Shown one piece after another: positions 39,174 through 48,408 of a stretch of DNA of 64,000 nucleotides (positions are counted from its first letter, which is position 1; each line of letters starts with the position of its first letter). The stretch is from the IMG/VR virus record IMGVR_UViG_3300008448_011290, one strand, 5' to 3'. The stretch is from a virus. Both the position numbers and the translations under genes were made by a program. A model generated the notes under the pieces. The model was not told where the DNA came from. It made no database searches and saw only the letters and a list, made by a program, of their open reading frames with translations.

Positions 39174-40349
39174 TTAATATTTGCTTTCGGACGCGGTGTT
39201 TCTATAATGTTTACCATCTCTTCTCCATTGCTCGCCTATACCAGTCATAATATCAATCATTCTATCAATAGTGCTATCAGTCCAATCAGATATACGACCC
39301 ATATTAGGAGATGGTTTGGATAATAATGTTTTTAATTTCTCCATTGCATCTCTGCCACTCCACGGTACATACATTCTAGTTTCATCATTGGCAAAAGTTT
39401 CTGGAAATGATCGATATGCTGGAAATAAAACATTACAACCTAGAGTATCTGCTTCAGAAACTGTGTTAGATACCCAATCTTGTAGAGCACAATTGAATAA
39501 TACTCGAGTATCATTTAATAATTCATAATAATCATTCTTTTTAAGATTTTCATAGATTTTTAATGCACCTGCCTGTTCCATCATTTTTGCTCGATTTACA
39601 TAAACAGGATTATTGGATCTTAGAGGTCCTCCACAGAATATTGCAAATTCTACAGAGGGTAAAGTTTTGTTTGCATGCCAGTGTTCTATTAAATCCATAA
39701 AGAATCCGGGTTGTTTCTCTTGATCCCATCTCGCAGCGAATCCGACTCTTCGAGCTCTTTGCTCAAATGGTTTAATTTTTTTAACTCGTTCTAGTACTTC
39801 CGCTTTGCCATAACTTAAACCAGATATGTTATAGATAGGAGCCTTCCAATTGGCTATTCTCATATGAGCTACCATCTCTTCATTGGTTGCAAGAATATGC
39901 ACATTGGGTATTTCATTACACATTTGTTCATACAAACTCATCCATCGGCTCATTCCCCAAACGTGTACAAAATCATCTGGATCTATGGCTTGTGCCAAAC
40001 ATCTTAAATAAATTCTTGGTCTATATTGTTCTGGTGATTGTTGTATGATATAAGGCAGAGATTCTATGCCTGGTTGGAACATATCTTCAAAAAATATCGC
40101 ATCATCTGATGTAATCTCTCCTGCTTTCATCATCCGAACCAAATTCATCATTTGGCTCATACCAAAATAACTTCTTCCGTGGGCATCTAATACCTGTCCT
40201 GTTACAATTGCTTTAGAATTATCTATAGTAGTACCTGGCACAATAACATAATCTATACCACGTCTTTTATAAACTCTTTCTGTCCAATCTGTTAATTGTA
40301 GAGTATAACGACCTTCATAAGGTTCTAAACCCATGTAAAATATTTTCAT
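39174..40349 (-). CDS. GT-B fold (GT4-like) glycosyltransferase
   Basis: FAARWDQEKQP and LQDWVSNTVSEA (D-x7-E, equivalent to the GT4 E-x7-E motif). Sits directly upstream of galE. Confidence 0.75.
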   Translation of the reverse strand: MKIFYMGLEPYEGRYTLQLTDWTERVYKRRGIDYVIVPGTTIDNSKAIVTGQVLDAHGRSYFGMSQMMNLVRMMKAGEITSDDAIFFEDMFQPGIESLPYIIQQSPEQYRPRIYLRCLAQAIDPDDFVHVWGMSRWMSLYEQMCNEIPNVHILATNEEMVAHMRIANWKAPIYNISGLSYGKAEVLERVKKIKPFEQRARRVGFAARWDQEKQPGFFMDLIEHWHANKTLPSVEFAIFCGGPLRSNNPVYVNRAKMMEQAGALKIYENLKKNDYYELLNDTRVLFNCALQDWVSNTVSEADTLGCNVLFPAYRSFPETFANDETRMYVPWSGRDAMEKLKTLLSKPSPNMGRISDWTDSTIDRMIDIMTGIGEQWRRDGKHYRNTASESKY

Positions 40350-40696
40350 CGAGCAACCTTTGTTAATTTAACACCACCATCACTGGTATGTTTAATATCA
40401 TAATCACATTTCGCTTTAAGATGCAACCAAGTTCTAATTTTTTCATCCTTAACATATAGAGTCACTGTATCTTCCATATCATCGTTGTAGCCGTGATATG
40501 CCCAAATAAAATCCTTGCCATAGGTATAACCAGCACTGCCCATCATAGTGCATACATTGGCCACAGCATCTACGAAAGTATAGTCAGCATTCAATGCACC
40601 GCCACCTATGGGAAGATAACCTTTCCTTTTGGTCAATGTCTTAACTGGTACGTTAACTTCTACGTTAACCTCTTGGGTATTCTGCTTTCGAGCCAT
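40346..40696 (-). CDS. Hypothetical protein
   Basis: Start likely MARKQ at 40696. ATGA overlap with the glycosyltransferase. Confidence 0.6.
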   Translation of the reverse strand: MARKQNTQEVNVEVNVPVKTLTKRKGYLPIGGGALNADYTFVDAVANVCTMMGSAGYTYGKDFIWAYHGYNDDMEDTVTLYVKDEKIRTWLHLKAKCDYDIKHTSDGGVKLTKVAR

Positions 40697-41099
40697 TCTC
40701 TCCATCCTCTGATACTTCTATTGTTACTTTTCTGCCTGGGTAACGTTCTACAATTGTAAGATATAAATCATCTGATATCATTTCACAAGATTTGTAATCC
40801 AAAGCCAATGTCTTCTCTGCGTATAATTTTTCTAACCACCTTTTAAACTGTATAAACTCAATGTCTCGATCATCATGAAATACTTCTATTGCTACATGAA
40901 AATGAAATATATGTCTGTGAGGATAACCTAAGAAACTTACATCATACTCATCTCCTGTGGCTAATTTAGGATCTGTTAATGCTGCTGGATATTTGTGAAT
41001 ACCTTCTTTGCGGAAAGTTACCCAAATCATCTTTGAGCTTTGACCTAATTTTTCTTTTAATGCCTGCTCTCTTTGTAACTGTTGTAAATCTATTGTCAT
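40665..41099 (-). CDS. QueD/PTPS-like T-fold protein, DpdL-like (putative CDG decarboxylase)
   Basis: EGIH, LGYPHRHIF (LxxxHRHxF instead of QueD CxxxHGH), SCE and EVSEDGE. Confidence 0.7.
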   Translation of the reverse strand: MTIDLQQLQREQALKEKLGQSSKMIWVTFRKEGIHKYPAALTDPKLATGDEYDVSFLGYPHRHIFHFHVAIEVFHDDRDIEFIQFKRWLEKLYAEKTLALDYKSCEMISDDLYLTIVERYPGRKVTIEVSEDGENGSKAEYPRG

Positions 41100-41614
41100 T
41101 TTATAATCTCATCTTTGCTGTATTGATTCCAATCTGTAAATCCTGATTTGTCTTTAAAATCCTTCATGCTCATGGTCCACACGCCTGGATTGCTATGTCG
41201 AAAAGTAACATCATCTATCTTAAAATGTAATTGTTTGTCATCGTCGCTGTCTTTGAATATAATTGAGCAGAATGGTATAAATTTAGGTTCATTCCATATT
41301 AGTGCAAATCTTTTTTTAACTTCTTCATGATCCGCAAAAGGATAATCAATTGTGACATAATACCCATTGTCTAATAATTTTTTCATTTGAAAAACATGTG
41401 TGCCTATGTTGTATTGAAATGTTCTATTAGCACCATAATAGACTGCTTCACAACCATGCAGTGTTGCAAGTTCTAATACCTGATCTGTGTCAAATTCGTT
41501 TGTGGCTAAGAATAAGGTTTGTTTGCCATATGCTAGAGTATGTTCGATCTCTAATCCTGTGAATGCTTTAACTGATTCATTACCAAAATGTCCTGAATTA
41601 TAATCTCTGTGCAT
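41096..41614 (-). CDS. Hypothetical protein within the deazaguanine cluster
   Basis: Start refined to MHRDY, downstream of the promoter at 41623-41650. FTGLEIEHT..G..TLF and KIDD..F..SNPGVW. Confidence 0.65.
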   Translation of the reverse strand: MHRDYNSGHFGNESVKAFTGLEIEHTLAYGKQTLFLATNEFDTDQVLELATLHGCEAVYYGANRTFQYNIGTHVFQMKKLLDNGYYVTIDYPFADHEEVKKRFALIWNEPKFIPFCSIIFKDSDDDKQLHFKIDDVTFRHSNPGVWTMSMKDFKDKSGFTDWNQYSKDEIIK

Positions 41615-41622
41615 ATCGTGTA

Positions 41623-41650
41623 ATTGTAACATAATAATTCAATCTGTCAA
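41623..41650 (-). promoter_or_regulatory. Sigma70-type promoter (TTGACA-16-TACAAT, extended TG)
   Basis: Reverse complement reads TTGACAgattgaattattatgtTACAAT. ATG 41614 lies 8 nt downstream. Confidence 0.6.
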
Positions 41651-41664
41651 AGTGTTAATGTTGG

Positions 41665-41820
41665 TTATTTGCATATTATAATATAGATTATTACACTTAC
41701 CACTAGTGATATTAATATTATAAATGCGTAATATAATCTGTAACAGTTTATTATAAATCGTGATCCTCTCGAGTTATATTTTTTTCCAGATAAAGCAATT
41801 ATTTTTTTAAACATGTTCAT
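41665..41820 (-). CDS. Possible small membrane protein
   Basis: MNMFKK...YAFIILISLVVSVIIYIIICK with one hydrophobic helix. Fills a gap. Confidence 0.4.
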   Translation of the reverse strand: MNMFKKIIALSGKKYNSRGSRFIINCYRLYYAFIILISLVVSVIIYIIICK

Positions 41821-42478
41821 GCTGTATTTTTGGATATTGTCCTCGCACAAAAGGTGGCACATCTTTATATCTTTTTTTATTAGTTTTTTCACCAGGTTCT
41901 ATGCCTATGGCAGATCTTCTTATATCTATCAAATAAACCAATCTACGATGATCTGTATAATTGTAAGCACTGTGTATAAACTGATTATCAAATCCAAATA
42001 AATCGCTCCAATCGATCTCTACTCCTTCTACTTCAAGGAATATGTCTCCTTTAGGTATGATTAAAGGTATGTGTATTCTTAAAAATTCACCATTTCTATT
42101 CTCTATTCCTGTATGCCTCTCAATTATACTGTTTTTTTCCAATATAGAATAAGTGCTAATAGGACAATCTTCTCCCCAACGTTCTGTTAGAGCTACTGCG
42201 GTGGGAAATCTTTTTTTAATTTCTTCATTCTTAAATGGATCTAAAACTATATTTTTTTCTTTATAAACATATTTTAATCCATCTATTTTCCAAGCATGTT
42301 CATGACTTTTTATATTGTTGGTATCAAATGTTTCATTGATATAAGGAACACCCTTACTGAAATTGCCTTCAATAAAATCTGTGTGATAAGCTAGGAATTC
42401 TTCTGTTAACTTCGGCGCAAGAGATAGTAATTCATCTGCTATGCTTATTTCTTTCCTAAGCCAGATGCTCTTTCTCAT
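41807..42478 (-). CDS. Aspartyl/asparaginyl beta-hydroxylase-family oxygenase
   Basis: YSIL..I.RHTG, LRIHIPLIIP, FDNQFIHSAYN and RLVYLID. Confidence 0.75.
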   Translation of the reverse strand: MRKSIWLRKEISIADELLSLAPKLTEEFLAYHTDFIEGNFSKGVPYINETFDTNNIKSHEHAWKIDGLKYVYKEKNIVLDPFKNEEIKKRFPTAVALTERWGEDCPISTYSILEKNSIIERHTGIENRNGEFLRIHIPLIIPKGDIFLEVEGVEIDWSDLFGFDNQFIHSAYNYTDHRRLVYLIDIRRSAIGIEPGEKTNKKRYKDVPPFVRGQYPKIQHEHV

Positions 42479-42669
42479 GAATTCAGATTTTTTTCCAATT
42501 CTGCGATTTGATCTTTTAAAGCTAATTTTTCTTTTTTTAATCGCATTAATATAGTTTTACTTTCTATACTTCTATCATGAAGTCTTAATTCAGTAACCTC
42601 TGCTACCTTTCTATTTAGATAATCATGATGTAGTTGTAATTTTTTTAATTGTTTGTTTTTATTAGACAT
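42475..42669 (-). CDS. Small coiled-coil protein (DUF465/YdcH-like)
   Basis: H..L..KV...RLKKEKLALKDQI. Confidence 0.65.
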   Translation of the reverse strand: MSNKNKQLKKLQLHHDYLNRKVAEVTELRLHDRSIESKTILMRLKKEKLALKDQIAELEKNLNS

Positions 42670-42670
42670 A

Positions 42671-44116
42671 TTATGCTCCTTCAAATAGAGAACTGAAATT
42701 GTTTTTACCTTTACCGCCACCAGTAGCTCTTTGCCATCGGGTGCCTCTAAGATCGGCTAAGAACGACGTAGCAGAACTGATTAATTCCATAGGTTTTTCA
42801 GATTCAAAAACTTCTTTAACAAATGTATTGAAATATAGAATATTTCTCGGAACGAAATCACTCATTTGATCTGTATTGTCTGAATCTTTAATCTTTCTCC
42901 AGTGTTTTGCTTGTGGTTGATATTTGATAGATTCAATGTCATTCATATCATTGGCAATCTGTACTGCTCTAATATGATTATAAACATTGTGAGCCATCAT
43001 TAATACGTAACTGAAACTATCCCAAGCAGTCTTGCCTTCTTTGTTGTTTTTATTTAGATCGCCTTCTCCATACCAACAAATATCTCCCATGTTTAATCGA
43101 TTACCTATAGCAGATTTAAATGGGAATGGTATAGTGCTGCCTTTTAATCTTTTATCATCTGGTGCTTTCTCCATAATATAACTCCATCTCTTAGGAGTGA
43201 ATAGATTATGTGTGTAAACCAAACCATTGGCTGTGCTTAGAAATGCTGATGCTGAATCAAAACTAATTGTGACATCTGGATTTACATGTTCTCTTAATTG
43301 TCTTTGTATCTGTGTTAAGAAACAAGCCCAATCCAATTGTGATGTACCTAACACGTGTATCCAGTTTTTCTTGTCTAATTTCTTCTCATCTCTCATTATG
43401 ATTAATCTTTTTAACAGTACTTCCATGTCGCACATGTTGATACCGCCCATTGCCCAACCTTCAAACTCGAAATCTTTGATAGCATCATACCAGGTTTGTG
43501 CTGTTTCCCAATCGTCTCCTTGTAGAACGTTTAAAAACTTAGTTTGTCCTAATCTATTTTTTTGGAAGAAATTGTTGTTATAGATTGTGCCATTTAGAGT
43601 GTCTCGGAAACTCTTTAATCCTGTTTTAGGAGAGTTTAATTCGTCAGCTGCCCAAGTTGGCACGTCCAGCGTCATAGACCAATCAGCAGTCAATTCTAAC
43701 CAATTTAGAATATCACTTCTAACTTTGTTAGCTTTGTTACCTTCAAAATCTTGCCAATCAAAATTAATAACTCCTCGTCCTATCTGATATCCACCTGAAT
43801 CTCCCACTATAGTGGAGAATTTTCTATCTCTTTGTACACACATACTGTCAGCTACTGGTGCTTTTTCTACATCTAGACACGCATGTCCTGCTGAATATAA
43901 ACCCACGTCATAGGTGAAATAACCTTTTTCTGGATTAAGGAAGTTTAAACCTTCTACATCATTCTCAAAACCCAGAGGTACTCTGTCTTTGGGTATGTGA
44001 TCACCTTTCGCTCTCTGTTTACTAACGAAAGTATTGTAGAAATTAGATATCGCTGGCAAGAACTTCGCAAAGTCCCTGTTCAAAGGTCCTAGATGTTCTT
44101 GCCCGATATTTGACAT
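42671..44116 (-). CDS. dpdA: TGT-fold guanine transglycosylase, DpdA-like
   Basis: GDSGGYQ, MTLDVP, NVLQG, GWAMGG, IHVLG, SFDSAS and AHN. No tRNA-TGT CxCxxC zinc motif. Clustered with folE and queE next to the replication genes. Confidence 0.75.
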   Translation of the reverse strand: MSNIGQEHLGPLNRDFAKFLPAISNFYNTFVSKQRAKGDHIPKDRVPLGFENDVEGLNFLNPEKGYFTYDVGLYSAGHACLDVEKAPVADSMCVQRDRKFSTIVGDSGGYQIGRGVINFDWQDFEGNKANKVRSDILNWLELTADWSMTLDVPTWAADELNSPKTGLKSFRDTLNGTIYNNNFFQKNRLGQTKFLNVLQGDDWETAQTWYDAIKDFEFEGWAMGGINMCDMEVLLKRLIIMRDEKKLDKKNWIHVLGTSQLDWACFLTQIQRQLREHVNPDVTISFDSASAFLSTANGLVYTHNLFTPKRWSYIMEKAPDDKRLKGSTIPFPFKSAIGNRLNMGDICWYGEGDLNKNNKEGKTAWDSFSYVLMMAHNVYNHIRAVQIANDMNDIESIKYQPQAKHWRKIKDSDNTDQMSDFVPRNILYFNTFVKEVFESEKPMELISSATSFLADLRGTRWQRATGGGKGKNNFSSLFEGA

Positions 44117-44853
44117 TATTGTGCCTGTGCTGGTATGATGTAACGATATACACCCACTCCTGAATCTACTGTAACTTGCATTGCACCTTCATTAGAGAAA
44201 TGCAGAGTAACTTTGGCAGAATCAGACAATTTTAATATTTGTAGAACTTGTGCTACTGGCCAACTCCAACCTTTATTAAGAGTGCCTTTAACACCTGTAG
44301 CAAAAGTAAATTCTCCACCATGCGATGCTTGATCACCAAAAGTGAATATCAAATTGCCATTGTCTGTTCTCACAACGAATGTATTATGTTCTGTGTTTGC
44401 TACTGATTGGAAGTTGAATCTTTGTACACCTGCCACTGTGGGTTCAATTTCCACGTCCCATTTAACACCTTTGAATTTGATTGTTTTTAATTTTTCATTG
44501 ATAATTTCAGCATTCATAAAACGATAATCATTTTTAAAATCACCTTTTTCATTTGCAAAGTGTATGCCCACAGGAATTTCAGCGCCATTACGATTGCCTT
44601 TGATTACTGAAATATTCGCTTTGTCTTTGTACTCAGGACATTTTAAATGAATGTCTAATTTGTTCAATTGCGGCATTCCAAATGTACCTACCAATCCTGC
44701 TTGTGGTTGTTTGAATGTGCCTTGTAGAATCACCGAACGATCTTCAGCCATGGAATCGATTGCAGTCTCATCTGCTGTGCCTGTGATCTTAACCAGATCT
44801 AGAAAACCTAAACCATATGTGTGTTTAACTATGTCTCTTAATATGTCTATCAT
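44116..44853 (-). CDS. Probable sliding clamp (gp45-like)
   Basis: 245 aa with a two-lobe alpha/beta pattern, ending Y.YIIPA. Close to polB. Confidence 0.55.
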   Translation of the reverse strand: MIDILRDIVKHTYGLGFLDLVKITGTADETAIDSMAEDRSVILQGTFKQPQAGLVGTFGMPQLNKLDIHLKCPEYKDKANISVIKGNRNGAEIPVGIHFANEKGDFKNDYRFMNAEIINEKLKTIKFKGVKWDVEIEPTVAGVQRFNFQSVANTEHNTFVVRTDNGNLIFTFGDQASHGGEFTFATGVKGTLNKGWSWPVAQVLQILKLSDSAKVTLHFSNEGAMQVTVDSGVGVYRYIIPAQAQ

Positions 44854-44884
44854 GTTTTGCCTATTCTTAAAAGTTTAAAATTAA

Positions 44885-44913
44885 ATTGTATAAGATATTT
44901 AGATAGAAATCAA
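44885..44913 (-). promoter_or_regulatory. Sigma70-type promoter (TTGATT-17-TACAAT) with embedded TAAATA
   Basis: Reverse complement reads TTGATTtctatctaaatatcttaTACAAT, upstream of the clamp-dpdA unit. Confidence 0.65.
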
Positions 44914-44921
44914 GTCTTAAA

Positions 44922-45740
44922 TTATTTTTTTGCTGGAATTTCTAAGACTTTGTACAATACTGGATTATCGTTACCAGGTTTCTGAAATATGGCATAATTG
45001 GCTCCAGGTTTAAACTGATCCATTTCTATCACAGTATATCCACATTCTTTGATCAGTTTGGTCATAGCAGATTTGGTATTATAATTCCAATATCCACGCT
45101 TTGATTCATGTAGATCATAATCATATTCGCAGTTGGCATAATGTAAGAATACATAACCTCCTGGTAATATAACTCTAAATATATCTTTGAGATATAATTT
45201 TATGTGTTGTTGTGTAAAGAAAGGAAAGGTATCCCAACTGAATACAAAATTAACGGAATTATTTGGAATATCTGGACAAGATGTCCAATTGGTTAAATTA
45301 AATTTAATATATTGCAAATGAAAGGGATTGAATAATTTTTTTATTTTGGTTTGACAATGTGGAACAACATCAACAAAATAGTTTAATCTCCATGCTAAGA
45401 AACATTTACTAAATTTACCATAGCCTGGACCTATTTCTAAACTATTACATAGATTAGCTGCTGAACCTGATTTAGCAAAATGTCCTATTTTACTTTCTAT
45501 ACGATCAAATAATATTTGATCATGTAATAAATCTTTTCTTGCATGTCGCCATTCTAAATCAGCAGCATACCAATCTTTGGTTTTATCTAATCGATCTATT
45601 TGATCTTGGTTATTAATATCTACAACTGATGCTAAATTTTTAAGTATTTTTAAATTATCATCAATGAGTTGTTGAAAATCATGTCCTTTGATTTTTTCTA
45701 ATTTCTCTATTAATAATTTAATCTCTTCTATACTCAACAT
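44922..45740 (-). CDS. Class I SAM-dependent methyltransferase
   Basis: LEIGPGYG, VD, FVFSWDTF and ILPGG. Start refined to MLSIEE. Confidence 0.8.
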   Translation of the reverse strand: MLSIEEIKLLIEKLEKIKGHDFQQLIDDNLKILKNLASVVDINNQDQIDRLDKTKDWYAADLEWRHARKDLLHDQILFDRIESKIGHFAKSGSAANLCNSLEIGPGYGKFSKCFLAWRLNYFVDVVPHCQTKIKKLFNPFHLQYIKFNLTNWTSCPDIPNNSVNFVFSWDTFPFFTQQHIKLYLKDIFRVILPGGYVFLHYANCEYDYDLHESKRGYWNYNTKSAMTKLIKECGYTVIEMDQFKPGANYAIFQKPGNDNPVLYKVLEIPAKK

Positions 45741-45741
45741 A

Positions 45742-48408
45742 TTAAGCCATTTCAAATAGTTTGTTAAATGTATTAGAACTCTCTGTGGATCTCACGTCCC
45801 ATTCCAGCACACCTATTAAGTTTTCAATCTTACCATCCAGCACACTCTCTTCCATACCATCTGAATCAAACGGTAACTCTTTAAACCATTCTGGCAATCT
45901 TTGCTCATCCACAGGATATGCTATAGAAGTATAACCTAAAGGATTATTCTTTAATTTGCATACAATCACCTTAGCACCATCTAGGATAGGCATACTGTAT
46001 TTGTCACTATACATCTCTCTGCATCGGTTCCAATTGATGCTGGCTCTTACGTGTCCTGGCATATTAGTTTTGCCTTTTTTCTTTTCTTCTTCGTGATATT
46101 CTGTAATGTTATTAGCACGTTTAGGAGAACCTTTTTCCCAACCTGGTCTAGATTTAAATTCTGCTCGGAATTGTTTAATCTTATCCAATACTTCTGTTTC
46201 AGTTTTACCTACCAGTACTAGATACAATACTTCACTTAAAAAATCCTGTACAAATACCGGAGTATCTGAACGTTTAAGATCCAATCCCATGGCTTTTACT
46301 TTGCCTTCTTTGCCTGCTGTGTCCACACGCTCATTCTCTTTGTCAAAATACAGCAGTGCATATCTTTTTTTAGTTATAAACAATCCTTTGGATGCAACTA
46401 ATTCTCGACCTGCTCGTATCACATCACCGCGAGTTTTAGGACAATGGAATGCTCGAGTCATGAATGCTGAGAATGTTTCATTTACTTCTTCGGCTATACG
46501 ATCATAGAGAGCAATAATATTCTCTTTGCCCCATGGTATCTGCCCACCGTCTATTTCTTTTTTTAGAGTAGCATAAGCAGAAAAATACACCGAGTCTGTG
46601 TCACCATATATCACACTCTCTCCCACGTGATCATATCGACCTGCAATAATTTCATTGGTCTTAGCAGCCATGTGTTGCGTAATACATCTGCCAGTTAATG
46701 TTACTGATTGTCCTATACGCATGTCAAAGAAACGACAACCTGGATTTAGAATTGCACCATACAGAGAGTTTAGATTAATTTTTTTAACTAACTGTCTTTT
46801 ATCCCAAAACTCTCTTTCGATAGCATTATCTCCACATTCATTCATTCTTTTTTGCATGTCTTTTCTTTCAGCATACCATCTTTTTAATAATCCTGGAATA
46901 ACACCTTCAAATTCATATGTGAATATAGTACCATTGGCAGAGATCATCCACTGTCTGTTACCATCAAACACAAGATCATACAGTTGTGCTGCACTCATTC
47001 TCACACTAGTACCATCTTCCCAATCAATGATTAATTCTGTGCCTTTGTCCTTGTTCATCACTGCTTGATACTCCCAACAACCAAACTGTCCTTCCCATGC
47101 AGTAGCAAATGATTTGCCTTGATGTTTCGCTCTGTTTATTTCTGCAGATGTAATCACCGGACGTATCTGTCCTACGATAGTTTCTGGACCCATATTTAGA
47201 GCTCGAATCACAGATGGATACAGTGAGTTTATGTCCACTGATCCGATCCAGTCATGTATGCCTTTTTTGGGATATGCCACATAGGCTCCTGCTGCTGATT
47301 CCACAGGTGCTGATTCATCTCTTTTTGCTCGACCCGGTACTATCATGCCTCGACGATGTGCTTCATTGATAATAGCTTGTTCTGTAACTGCCACTGCTCC
47401 CATGGTGGTTTGCAATAACACAGTGTTCTGATGTGCAATCTCATTGGCTAATTCAATAAATTTTAATTTCTTTTCTAATTTTGCTAATAGATTACAGTCT
47501 TGTCGGTTGTATTCTATGAACATGCCAAAATCATTGTTGTACAATTGATCCAATGATCCTTCATACACAGTTTTCTTTTCATCCAATTCCCATTCGCCTA
47601 TGGCATCTAAACGATAACTGTGACGTTCTTCATAGGTATATTTTCTATATAATTCTAATAAATCTAAATGTACTCGACCAATTAAATCATAACTGATCTG
47701 TTCTCGACCATATTTCTCAAATGTTCTTTTTTTAGGTTTTTCTCCCCAAAAGCATAATCTTCGAGTATCATCGGAACTCAATACTTTCTGTATTCTTCCC
47801 ACAACATAGGGTATATCATATCCTTCCGAGTTCCAACCACTGATAACATCTCCTTCGTCCACTAGTGTTAAGAAAGCATCTAGCATGTCTTTTTCTTTTT
47901 CGAACAACATTACATTGCTGAATCTTTCCACTTGCAATTTAGCATCTGCCATGCTCAATCCTTTGGGAGGTATTGCAAAAGTTACGAGCTGATCAGTCCA
48001 GTTGAGATAACAAGTGATTGCTGTGATGGGCATGAAAGGATCATCTGTGGTAGAATATCCACGCTGTGGATCGAAGTCCACTTCAATATCAAAGAACACC
48101 ACATTGAGTTTGGGAGCATCTTTGCCTAGATAATTCTCTTCAAGACAACGAAAGACAGGATTGATATCCTGCTCAAACAATTTTTTATTGCTCCTAATTT
48201 TTTGTTCTTTTATAAACTCTTTAAACGTACTACAAGAAACTTTCTGTAGAGTTTCTCCGTGTATGCTTCTATGTTTTCCTCGAGGATCTGGATAATAGAA
48301 TACATATCGAGCATCATAATCCACAAATCTTCTCTGACCGTTGGCATCACGTTCTACTACCAACACCTTGTCGTCATCTCTGCGATAATAAGCGTCTATG
48401 TAACTCAT
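45742..48408 (-). CDS. Family B DNA polymerase
   Basis: Exonuclease motifs FDIE, GWNSEGYD and YNRQD. Polymerase motifs DINSLYPS, KINLNSLYG, YGDTDS and KKRY. Confidence 0.95.
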   Translation of the reverse strand: MSYIDAYYRRDDDKVLVVERDANGQRRFVDYDARYVFYYPDPRGKHRSIHGETLQKVSCSTFKEFIKEQKIRSNKKLFEQDINPVFRCLEENYLGKDAPKLNVVFFDIEVDFDPQRGYSTTDDPFMPITAITCYLNWTDQLVTFAIPPKGLSMADAKLQVERFSNVMLFEKEKDMLDAFLTLVDEGDVISGWNSEGYDIPYVVGRIQKVLSSDDTRRLCFWGEKPKKRTFEKYGREQISYDLIGRVHLDLLELYRKYTYEERHSYRLDAIGEWELDEKKTVYEGSLDQLYNNDFGMFIEYNRQDCNLLAKLEKKLKFIELANEIAHQNTVLLQTTMGAVAVTEQAIINEAHRRGMIVPGRAKRDESAPVESAAGAYVAYPKKGIHDWIGSVDINSLYPSVIRALNMGPETIVGQIRPVITSAEINRAKHQGKSFATAWEGQFGCWEYQAVMNKDKGTELIIDWEDGTSVRMSAAQLYDLVFDGNRQWMISANGTIFTYEFEGVIPGLLKRWYAERKDMQKRMNECGDNAIEREFWDKRQLVKKINLNSLYGAILNPGCRFFDMRIGQSVTLTGRCITQHMAAKTNEIIAGRYDHVGESVIYGDTDSVYFSAYATLKKEIDGGQIPWGKENIIALYDRIAEEVNETFSAFMTRAFHCPKTRGDVIRAGRELVASKGLFITKKRYALLYFDKENERVDTAGKEGKVKAMGLDLKRSDTPVFVQDFLSEVLYLVLVGKTETEVLDKIKQFRAEFKSRPGWEKGSPKRANNITEYHEEEKKKGKTNMPGHVRASINWNRCREMYSDKYSMPILDGAKVIVCKLKNNPLGYTSIAYPVDEQRLPEWFKELPFDSDGMEESVLDGKIENLIGVLEWDVRSTESSNTFNKLFEMA

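Noticed and set aside
40665-41099. Naming this gene queD
   Set aside because: The catalytic CxxxHGH motif is absent, so the symbol is withheld.
42671-44116. Canonical queuine tRNA-ribosyltransferase (tgt)
   Set aside because: It lacks the CxCxxC zinc site and typical N-terminal TPxFMPVGT. There is no queC, queF, queA or tRNA gene in the window, and its position by the clamp and polB favours a DNA target.
45742-48408. Intein or intron in the DNA polymerase
   Set aside because: The ORF is a continuous 888 aa with all motifs in order and no Hint or LAGLIDADG signature.
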